Below, in pieces: positions 39,150 to 51,339 of a stretch of 64,000 bases of DNA (within the stretch, counting starts at the first letter, position 1; each line of letters starts with the position of its first letter). The translations under genes were made by a program, and so were the position numbers. The notes under the pieces are model-generated. The model was not told where the DNA came from. It saw only the letters and a list, made by a program, of their open reading frames with translations, and searched no databases. This DNA is from Hamiltosporidium tvaerminnensis FI-OER-3-3 (taxonomy: Eukaryota > Fungi > Microsporidia): contig CM061249.1 in the NCBI GenBank assembly GCA_022605425.2, forward strand, positions 1-64,000. Direction: 5' to 3'.

Positions 39150-39950
39150 TAGTTAAATCAAATAAAAATACTGGTCAATAACCCTCTATTATAAGATATA
39201 TTATTTCGGGTTTTCACTTAATTTTATACTCAATTCTTATAAAAAACGCTAAATATATTCCTTGTAAATCTGTCTTTTTTTAGTAACTTCATCGTTATAC
39301 ATCATACTATTATATAGTCGATTAAAGTATTGAGTAGAATTTTTATTGCTTTTATCTTTTTTTAAAAAATCCCATCTGAACTATAATAGATTGTTATAAA
39401 AAGATAGGTATATATTACTTGTAAGATTTTATTAAGCCATAATAACTATTCAGAATATTTAGTTAAGATACGAACGTTCTACCTATCTTATTCCACCATA
39501 TTGCGCAGTGCTTTATCGAGTAAAGTTCGGAATATAATATGTCTTCCTTTATTATGAACCTCTCATTGTTCTTTTTTTATTAGAAAACTCAATTGTAAAC
39601 CTTTAAAAATATCCCGAATAAGAACAACTTGGCGCCTATGCTAACAATTTATTTTGAGAACAAGTTACAGCGAATATAATAACCAAATATATTTTAATGA
39701 TCAATATTTGGTTGCTATAACATTTTTCTCTAGTATTATTACAAATAATCTTATCTCTATTATCTTTCTTATCAGAACCTTTATAATTTCCATATATATA
39801 ATAAAATCCCTCTCTTAATCATTTATCAACCATGCACTAGTTTCTATTATACATATAATTCAATATACCTACCTATAATCTATATAAAAATAATACCTCT
39901 CTTTATTTCTTAACCTTTATCCTCTATTCATTTTATATTTAACGTTTTTT
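39150..39950 (-). pseudogene. Probable decayed coding remnant
   Basis: The minus frame reads ...NNERFIIKEDILYSELYSIKHCAIWWNKIGRTFV..., interrupted by stops. Confidence 0.25.
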
Positions 39951-41629
39951 GATTGTCTAAACCTGAAATAGTCTCTGAGCAATACATTATCTTTATTTCT
40001 TTATCAATATAAAAAGAGTTACTATTTAGAATTCATAAATATTAAAATAAAAAGTGTTTTATCTTCTATAATATTAATTTGTCCTATAATTTATTTCTGA
40101 TTGGTATTTTTATTTCTTTTGTTCATTGATTATCCTTCTTGTTACGTTAAAAATTTATTTTAAACGGTTGCTAAGCTAACAAGCACGAAGTTTACCAAGC
40201 CCTATATATGGTGAAAAGACTCAAAATATAAATGAGATGTTAAAGTATGGAAAAGAAAATATTAAAACTATAAAGCCAACAAAATCAGTGCAAATATATC
40301 CGATAATAATAACATATATTAAATTATATTTTTGATACATTAAATAAACTTTCATATATTCATTATTTCTTATTACTTTGTTAGATGGTAATAACATTTT
40401 TAGAATTCGGTTATTTCATTTTACTTATTAAATATATTTTAATTCTACGTTATATCTGTACACTATTTTCGACTTTCTATTTCATGCTTTTGTGTAAGTC
40501 GTACTTTTTATCTCTTTTTCATTTTATGACTATATTTCAAAAATTATTTTTAAATTTCTTAATTTTTTGCAATTAAATTTCATATCACCATAATAATCAA
40601 TTTCCGCATATTGTACACATTCTTGTTTAATTAATGTTAAATTATAGAATTTATTTTCATGCTATATCTATTTAATAAGACTTAAATAAGATTTGTATAA
40701 AATTTCATACTTTACTAGAAAATCTACAAATAAGGTAGGTTATCTTATAAATATTTAATTAAGTTCAGAGAATTTACACTAGAAAGTAAGTTGTTTCTAG
40801 TGTGAAGTATGTATGTCTTTTCTATATTCTTATTTTTTGATTGATTATATCTTTGAAAATTACCATTTAAAAAATAAAATAAGTTTTTTTAAGAATATTA
40901 CATTTTAATATAAGCAGAAAGGTAGCGAGAATGTCTCTTTATAGGAAAAATATTATGTCTATGAAGATTTACTAAGTTTTATAATCTTTTATGACCTTAA
41001 TTGAAAAAAAAAAAACGAGTTAAAAGAACATATTTTTATGCTAAGAATACTGTATATTCATAAGTATTTTATATAGTTAAAAAATCTTTGTTTACAACAA
41101 AAATTATTCTATTTTAATGTGATATTTATTTTTTATTTTTTATGTCTGTTTGACAATATTGCTTAGATGTATGGGAACGCTTCTAAAATTACTAAATATT
41201 GAGTTAAAAAACATACATACTAATTAGAGTTTTAAAATTAAAACTTGCAGTATTTATTGTAAATTTTTGTGTGTATTTTTTTTGATTTTTTTAAGTATAT
41301 TCTCTGACTAGTCTTCGTATTAACATTTCAAAAATTGTAAAAAAAATAAATTCTAAAATAAATAAGATCTAATGTCTTAAAATGTCTGCAACTACAAAGC
41401 CGAATTTATAATAACCTATTAAGTTACTTAGGCCTAAACTATAATATTTATTCTTACTAAGATTTATTAATAATCTTTTTTCATTAGTTTCAAGTTTTTC
41501 TGTCTATAATGCATGAAGCAACTTAAAAAATTGAAGCAATCAAGTTTTATAAATAAAAGATTAGATATATAAAGTTACTAAATTGCAACAAATTCTCGGA
41601 TAAAAACATAATGAGTCTATATATTTTTA

Positions 41630-44600
41630 AATTAAGTCATGTTTTCTATTAAATTTTTTTTATCAAATTTTTTTTAAAATTTATTTAAATTATTTCACTA
41701 TAGTGGCATTTACAATTCCAAAACTATGAAAAATATTGCAACCTAAATATATTTTATTTTTTTAAAAAATTTCTGCAAACACTACTTATAGGTGTGCAAT
41801 AATATTTTTTGTGTTCTTTAGTTTTATATTTGGAATTTTTTTCAATATTTTTTATTACCTAAATTTTTCAATATTTTCATTATATTTTTCTATAGTAAAT
41901 TAACGATTTAAAAATGTTGAAAAAAACGATTTTAAAAAATATTTGTTTAATTCGAAGGAAATTTTCTTAAAATATATCAAATGCTTGGTTTTTAATATTA
42001 TTTTATATTTTGTAATAAAATTTGATCCTTTTTTCTATTAATTTTTGTTACCTAATTTAGTCTGATTTTGTTCGATATATTTTCTATATAATATATGAAA
42101 CAATCTAAAAACTTGTAAAAATGTGCTTAAAAAAAATATTGGCTCAGTACTTTAAAAATAATTTTAATATTACGAATGATATTTTATTGAGTCGATAGTT
42201 CTATTTGTATAAAATTTGATTATGTTTTATGGAATTTTCAAATACCTAATTTTTTTAAATTTGTTCAATTCATTTTACTATAGTAGTATTGACAATTCCA
42301 AATCTATGAAAACTAAGACAAGAAAATATAATGTTCTAATACTTAAAACCCACTAAATATATAAAAATTTATCTTATAATAGCTATCTAAATGTATTCGC
42401 TATAAAATTTGATAATGTTTTCTTTCGAATATTGTAACTTTATTTTTTTCGATTGAGCTCGATATATTTTCTATATAGTATATGAAACGATCGAAAATTA
42501 GAACAAAAAAAAATTAAAAGAAATCAAAAGAAATATTGGTTTTAATCCTTAAAGATACTTTTAGCACTAGCAATCATATTTTAATGAGTTAATGGATTTG
42601 TTTCATATAAAATTTGTAAATGTTTTAGTTTATTTTTAAATACCTACTTTTTTAGATTTTAGTTGATCTAGTTTCCATATAATCGTATGTAAGATTCTAA
42701 AGTATTACAAAAAAATTATACTGAAAAAATATATTATTAAAATACTAAAAAAAGCAGGAAAAGTTTCAAATATTTATTATATAATTTTATGTTATGGTTT
42801 ATAATAAAATTGGCTTATTTTTTGTGTGAATTTATACTACCAATTTTTTTTGTTTTTTTTAAAATAGTTTCCGTATATAGTATAGACAATTTAAAAATAA
42901 ACGGAAATTTAATTTTTACAAAAAATTTGTTTCTTTGCTTGAAAAACATTAAAATATATTAAATAGTTCATAAATACTATAATTTTATGATGTTTAATGT
43001 GAACTTTATTACTTTTATTTTCCTATCTTGCTCGAAATCTTTTCTTGTATACTTTATAAAATAATTCCAAAATACGTAAAAAAATAAATTCAAAAAAATA
43101 GTTTTTAATTTTAAACTACTTACAAATACTAAATATGACTTTAAAATAAAACATTAACATTGTTCAATATAAAATTCGTTTATTGTTTCTTAAAAATTTT
43201 TAATACATATTTTTTCAAATTTATTCAATATAGTTTACTATAGTGGTATGAAAGATCCTGAAATCTGTAAAAAAAAAGTCAAAAAGAAATATGATTAAAT
43301 GTTTAAAATTTATTTTATAGTACAAATGAGTTTATAAATTTAAATGGATTATCTAATATAAAATTTAGGTTAGTAAAAGTAAATTTTTCTAAATCTATTT
43401 TTTTAAATTTTATTCAATACAGTTTACCATAGTAGTTTGAACGAAGTGAAAATTGTACGAAAATGGATTAAATATATATATGTTTTTAAAAGATTAAAAG
43501 CAATGAAAATATATCAAACCTTCATAATAGAATCTATTAAAATGTTTACAACAATCTTTCTTGATTCGCTTGTGGTTTTTCTAAATCTATTTTTTTTTAC
43601 TTTTATTTGATTTGGTCTATATAGTCGTATAGACGTTTATAAAATTTTGAGAAAATAGATTTAGAAAAATATATGTTTTATTAAATAAGAAATGCTAAAA
43701 GCATATTGGATTTGAGGCAACTAATTTTATTTTATGCTTGACAATAAAATCTGTTCATATTTTGTATTAATTTTATTTTATTTTTACTTTGTTCAATATA
43801 TTTTGCATATAATACATGAAACACTTTGAAAATGATTAAAAAATTCAACTCAAAAGATATATAATCTAATGTTTCAAAATTTCTGTAGTGCTTCAGATTA
43901 GTTTATGATAATATAACATATTCTGTTTATAATTGTATCTGTTTATATTTTGGCAAAGTATCATTACCACTTTATTCTATTTTCTTCAATATATTTTCTA
44001 TATATTGTATTAAGCAATCAAAAAACTTTAGCAAGATGATCTAAAAAAATATTCGAATTGTACTTAAAAAATTCTTAAGATACTAACAGAATGTTTCATA
44101 ATAAAACCAATACGTTTCTTTATTTTACAATTAGGTGATGTTTTCGTCAATCTTATTACCTAATTTTTTCGATTTTGTTAGATATATTTTCTATTATATC
44201 AGTATAAGAGATTCAAAAAAAAAATGAAATTCATAAGAAATAAAATTAACTTATTAAAAATATTATAATATACTACGAATAGTTTATAATGAATCTATAA
44301 GATTGTTTAATATTTAATTAAGTCATTTTTAGCGTAAAATTCAGTTTCTTTATTTTTTTAGATTTGTTCAATCTGGATTCCTATAGTGCAATGAAAGATC
44401 CAAAAAAAATGAAAAAATTAAATCCGAAAAAATACATTGAGTTTGATATTAAGGAATGATATACATGTAAAATATCGGGTTGATATTTTTTTTAATTGAT
44501 TTGCCTTTGAATTTAATTATTTTTATTGTAATTTAACACCAATTTTTTCTTTAAATTATTTTAATATATTTTGTATATACTGTATGAAACGATAAGACAA

Positions 44601-44780
44601 GTATGAAAAAATTCTCTTAAAATATATAAGATTTTATATAAAAAAAACTTCTTGAATACTAAGAGTAATTTAACAATAATTAATAATGTTTCAGAAATAA
44701 AAATTACTTATATTTCTTTTTAAATTTTTCCTAGATTTTGTTTGGTATAGCTTCATTATATATATCAGTAACAATCCAAT
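41630..44780. repeat. Diverged ~190-bp tandem repeat, array 2 (about 17 units)
   Basis: The same core occurs near 41700, 41892, 42088, 42280, 42475, 42679, 42877, 43050, 43240, 43430, 43621, 43809, 44003, 44200, 44383 and 44577. Mean period is about 191 bp. Confidence 0.88.
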
Positions 44781-44799
44781 CTTTTTAAGTATCCATATA

Positions 44800-46520
44800 A
44801 TTAACACCCATTCTTTTAGTAAAATATATCCGTATAATTAACACCCTTATTTTGTTTATTATTGTCTTATTACTAACACACTTTTAAATTTTAAATATTT
44901 ATTCTTATCAATAACACCCTGTTATTTATTGGTATACTTATCTATAATACTTAGACCCTTTTGTATAGAGTTAAACGTATTTATATGGTAAGGCCTTTCA
45001 AAATATCCTTTGAAATATTATTTTCAATAACACCCTGCTATTTCAAAAACCAAACACTTTATTACTAACTCCCTGTTATTTATATTGAAGTATTTCTTGT
45101 TTACTAACATTTTGTTATTTATTTCTATAAATTCTAAGATCCAGTAAAACACCCTTCTAGCGCAAAGTATAAGTCTCCTTATTAACACCCTGTTATTTAT
45201 TTTATAAATGCCTAGATTTGTAACACCCTTTTATATACTGTTTAATATATTTATTATTAACACCCTGTTATTTATTGTATAAACGCCTTGATTATTAACA
45301 CCCTTTTATATACTGTTTTAAATATGTATTATTAACACCCTGTTATTCTTCATTATGAGCATCTCTATAAATAACACCTAATTTATTTATTTTTTACTAA
45401 CACCCTTTTATTTTTCATTTCGTTTTTTATTTTCTTAAATCCCTATTATCCTTTCCTATAAATTTTATTATTATTAACACCCTCTTATATATCTGAAGAT
45501 ATGTAATAAATTAACACCCCGTTATCTATTTTCTGAAGCTTATTTACTAACACCCTGTTATATTTAAATAGGAATATTATATAAATTAACACCCCTTTAT
45601 TTATGTATATAAATAGCTTTATATTAACACCCTAATTATATATCTATCTTTATAATAACACCCCTTTGTTTATCTATATAAAATGCTTTATTATTAACAC
45701 CCTAATTTTATATCTATCTTTATAATAACACCCCTTTGTTTATGTATATAAATAGCTATACTACTAAGACTCTTTAAAGTATAACCTTAATATAAATAAC
45801 ACCCTTATAATTTCATCTTAATCACTAACACCGTAATAACACTTTATAACATTAACACCCCGTTATTGATACAGCCTATATTAACACTCTTTATCCACTA
45901 CAATTTGTCTAACACCCTTTATCTACTACCATGTATATTAAAACCCTTTTATACATCTGTCATAGAAATACTACCCTTTATCTAATATAAATAGTATTAA
46001 AACCCTGTTATTGTTATGTTTTTCAATAAAAAACTTTATTAGTTACTTCGTGATTAACACCCTTTTATACATATGTCTTGAAAATAACACCCTTTATTTA
46101 ATACAAATGTTGATTATCACCCTTTCTTTATCACAATTGTGATTAACACCCTTTTATACATATGTCTTGAAAATAACACCCTTTATTAAATACAATTGTG
46201 ATTATCACCCTTTATTTATTACAATTGTGATTATCACCCTTTTATACATATGTCTTGAAAATAACACCCTTTATTAGTTACAATTGTGATTATCACCCTT
46301 TATTTATTACAATTGTGATTAAAACCATTTTATACATATGTCTATAAAATAACACCCTTTTTAGTTTCAATTGTGATTATCACCCTTTCTTTATTACAAT
46401 TGTGATTAAAACCATTTTATACACCCATATTAAATTAAAACCCTTATAATTTCTTGCTTTATCACTAACACCTTGTTGTTTACACCCCCAATCCATACTA
46501 CCCTTATAACTTACACCCTT
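44800..46520 (+). repeat. TAACACCC (GGGTGTTA) periodic minisatellite, about 50 copies
   Basis: The motif recurs every ~37-39 bp in the left half and every ~29-30 bp in the right half, all in one orientation, with variable AT-rich spacers. Confidence 0.95.
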
Positions 46521-47099
46521 TAATTGTTTTCCTAAATTTATTTCCTTTAAATCCCTTCTTGTCTTATTATCTCTAAAATCAATGATAAGCAGATACTTTT
46601 TTATTAAAATAGATTAGAAAGTATGATTGCTTAAAAACATTAAGTCTTCATTTGAAATACTTTGTTACACTTAATTTTAAATACAATTCATTTTTGATAT
46701 TTAAAATATATATGATAGCATTCTTCATATATATGCTTTATTGAATAGTAATTACTTATATCTTAATTTTAAAATAATAAATTCTAGTATATTATTTACA
46801 GATTTGCTAATATTTATTGAATTAGAAAAAGTATTTTTCTAAAAATAATAAATAGTTTGTAAGAGAAGTGGAATTCCCAGTACTTTTGTTTTGCACATTG
46901 TAATTATTAAAATAAATTCAATTGCGTTAATTATATCTATTTCTTTATTTTATTTTTTCTATTATATTTTCATTTTATTATAAATCACTTATATGTAATT
47001 TTAATTTTATTCGGTTTTTAAAGCTGAGAATTTATTATAAAAAATCATTTAAAGAGTTGTTAATCTCAGTCAACAATATATAAAAAGAAAAGTGGATAT

Positions 47100-50000
47100 T
47101 TTATATTTCAAGTTCTTAAATTTGATTTTTTTTTTGTAAAACAGAAAAAAATAAATTAAAAGCTTTTTTATTGTAATATGACGTTATTCTTTATTTAATA
47201 AGTTGTAATAATTGTTTAAGTTCATTATAGTAAGTATTGTCTAAATATTAAGCATTTTAACAAATTAAGAGATTATTCAGGATAGTGTATATCAAAAAAT
47301 TATATAAATCAGATCTCTAAATCAAATAAAGAGATTAAGTCCAATCTAACGATCAATAATAATTTTTAAAATGAAATTTGTTAAAGGCTGAATGACATAC
47401 AAAAAATTATTTCTTCAATTTTCTTTAGTATATATTAGTGATAAGGCTTTCATTAACAATCAAATATTTAAATTCATTAAAAAGCAACTCATTGTTAATC
47501 TAAAAAAATAAAATGTCAGTTGAATAATTTAAAAAAGAATAACGAATTTAAAAATATATAAGAAATATCAAGGTTGAGGCATAAATAAAACCAAATTGAT
47601 TAATAAATTAATATATTTTAAAAAAACTTTTAAGTATTTTCACTCAATAATTTTTTTCTTTTAGTATGAAAATGCTGCTTAATTATCCTAAAATTATTTG
47701 AATTATTTGAATATTTTATGAGCAATTTTTATTCTTAAATATAATTTCTAAATATTTTTTTTGACATTTCACAAGAAAGAAAGGTAGTTTTATATATTTC
47801 AAAATACTTTTTTATACTTTTAGATGTTTTACATTCTATTTATATTTATATATCCATTACTAGGTTGAAATTCCTGTAAAAAGTTATAATAATACATTCT
47901 TCTTCATATAGATCGTTATATATTACCTTGTTTGGTTTAAAAATAGAATTAATTGTGATATTTATTCTTGAATTCAAATCATAAATAAAAAACTAATTTA
48001 AATATAAAATTTTATGAAATAAAAGAAGTTTATTAGAATTTATCTTTTTCTCGGGTGATTTAATAATTTAAAATTTTTCTATAAGATTCGTGATAACTAC
48101 TTCTATATTTGCGAGCTTTTTTAATATTGAATAGTAAATTCTTTAGTTAAGAAACTGATTTAATTTTTTAAAGCTTTATTATTCGTTAAATCTCTTTCCA
48201 ATAATTTATCTAATATATATCTTCCCTTTTTCTTTAAATGGATAAACTTATATTTGTTAACTATCAAATAAATATTTTACGATACTAAAATTTGTATAAC
48301 ATAGTTTAAAGCATTATTTTTAATTTATTTGAAATGAACTATATGTTTTTCATAATTTTGTTATAAGTGCAAAATTCCATAATATAAAAAATAAACTGAA
48401 ACTATTTTTTTTAGTTGTAGACTAAAAAGCTATGCTTTTTAATGTTATGAAAATTAGTAAACCCATCATAAAAATGAATAGTAACCGTAAAAAATATTTT
48501 AATTAACAATATTTCTTGTATCTAATCTAGTTCGATATACAGAAATTTGTATTTCAAATCATTTTAGTTAAATTTTTTAAACTAGAATTGCATACAATTT
48601 ATAATGTAAAAACTGCTTTTTATTATAAATTTATGTATCTCAGAACGATATACCGATCTAATATAGAAATAAATGTAAGATTTTCTGTTTTATGTAAATT
48701 AATTCATATAATAATATATTATTGGATAACTGAATGATTTATTGTATCACTGAAATCTTTTTGATAATTCTTGAATTTAAAGATATAATTTATCCGTTTA
48801 TTTAAAATTTAGAATTATGAGGCAATAAATCTTTTTATTTTGCACAAAAAAATATTCTAATTGTATATGTTGAAAAATTATGTTCAACTTAATTTTTTTA
48901 GTAAAGAATAGATTGTTTCATAATATTTAATTAGTTGCTCAAATTTATTTACAGTAAATTAATTATCATTAAGGAAATGTTATTATCTTGATATATCAAA
49001 TTTTTAATTTAGAATTTGTTTTTACCAAAGAAAATGTGCATTCAGTTCTTATATTCTATGAAAAAAGCTTTTTTAAATGAATTCTTAGTATAATGAAATT
49101 CTTAAACCTGTTTTCAAGTATAATAAAGTTATTTCAAATTTATTTTCTTTACTATGATAAAATCTTGATTCTTACATAAATCTAGATCAATAAGTTAATC
49201 TACTATTTTTGTTTAGTAATTTCTTTTTTGGGTTATTTTTACTGATGTTACAAGGAATATTTTTTTTCAGAACCTTGATGCAATTTTTTGATATTTATAT
49301 GTAAACGTTTGTTCTAATAAGCTTTAAACGTAAATTTATTCATTTAAACTATAATTTATGTTTTAGATGCGTATAACTCTGAATTCTACTAAAAAAAGTA
49401 ATTTTTTTTTATGGCTAAATCCCCTGATAAAAATTTAAGGATAATTAATTTCTAATTTTGCTGACTAATAGTTATCTCAGAAAAATATAAAACTATGCTA
49501 ATCGAGATAAAATTATTTTTATACGAAATTTAAATTTATGGAAATTATTTTTTAATAACTCGGATTTTATTTGTCTGAAAATACTATTTGTAAACTATAA
49601 TAAAGTAAATATTTTTTTTTTTTTAGAATTAAAAACAATTCTGAATTAAGCTTATATATTAAAGACTGTGTTAAATATTCGTTTTCAATACTGTTATATT
49701 GAAAAAAAGGTGAATCGCATTAGGGTCTTGAAATAGTAAGTCAGAATCTAAAATTTTAAGTTTTATGCTTAGATTTTCATTTAAAGTGGAATTCGAAAAC
49801 TTACAATACGAAAAAAAATAAAATATTTCTTTTTGAATGGCAAAATAGGATTCCTGTATTTAAAATAAACATCATTGTTCTGGTACTGTATCAGAAGACT
49901 AAAATATGTTTAAAATCTTTTTAAAAATAATTTGGTTTTAGAAATTCAAATTTAAAAATAAGATCTATTATAGTTACATATTTTGGTTGCTTTTAATTTA

Positions 50001-50300
50001 ATCTTATTATATTATTCGAAATAATTTTGATTTTATTGTCTCTAATAAAGTAAAATATTTGAATTAATTTATATAATTTTATTTACAGTCTAAACCTTTT
50101 ACGCCGTCATTTTTATAAGATCTCAAGTATAATAGTTTAAAAAAATTAAATTTAGCATTCGAAAATTATTAAACGCAATAGATCGAATTTGTTTTTCACA
50201 TTTTAACCGGCTATTATTTGATCTGGTCGAAATTAAAAATATGGCTGAGAACCATATTATAAATTTTCTTGATATGTTTTTAGCATATTTTTTTTTAGAT
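47100..50300 (+). pseudogene. Possible decayed leucine-rich-repeat gene
   Basis: Scattered LxxLxL-like fragments (FFKLELH, NLEL, KKLI) in different frames. Weak evidence. Confidence 0.2.
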
Positions 50301-51339
50301 GAACATAGTAATTTATTATCGTGTTAGAAATAATATATAAAATTGGCTTTTTATCATTTTTTTACTTTAGAAAGTGTGTGCTACATTCTATGTTCTGGTT
50401 ATATGGATTTTTGTATAATACATTGATATAAGTGTTAATTCACTCCTGGCATTAATAAAATCAATATTGAATATAGGTATTCAATTCACGAGTGAATTGG
50501 AGCTTCGTTATGTATATATAGGCATTTTGGGCATTTTTTATTTTAAGGGTCTGCGAGGTAAATGCAACACTAAACCGTTGTCTTGGAAAGAATATTGAGT
50601 TTAACCATTGGGCTTATTTCTTTTACTTTTATTATTTATACTTTTTTTACTTTAAATGACCTATAAATGTTTTTAATAGAAAGATAATACAAAATAAATG
50701 AATATCTAAGTACATATATACTTAATGATCCGGAAAAATTAAACTAATCAATGGTAATAATATTTAACCTCCATAATTTGGAATACACAAACATGAAAGT
50801 ATACTCCGATGTAAAAGAAGCGGGGAAATAGAATTTAAAATACGGATTTAAGGAAACAGATAATAATATGAAGAAAACACTAAAAGTTACATTAATTGGC
50901 ATGGATTTTAGTTGAAATAAATAAATTAAGTCATTTCACGTTGTTTTATTTTTATATATTTATTTTTACTTTCGTCTACATTTTATACATTATTGTTCTT
51001 TGTTTCAAATATTGACTTTTCCTATGTGTTTTTTTCTATTTGCGTTGTTTTATTTTGTTATATTTTAAATAGCTCTTTAATTCAGTACAAAGAGAATTTT
51101 ATCCTTAAATATATAGTTTTCTATTCATATATTTTATTGTTACATATTATTTCTAATTAACTAGAATCGTTATAATTTAGATATTTTTGCAGTATATTTT
51201 CTTTTCATTTATTCTTTTCCTTATTCTTTAAGAAATATTTTAAAGTTTATTAAGAAAAGTCAATAAAATAATCAAGTAACATTAAAAGTACAATAAAGCA
51301 TTCTAAATGTTCTTTATACTATCTATTTCCAAAGTTTAG

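Noticed and set aside
44800-46520. CRISPR array
   Set aside because: The constant part is only ~8-13 bp, spacers are related to each other and tandemly duplicated, there are no cas genes, and the context is eukaryotic.
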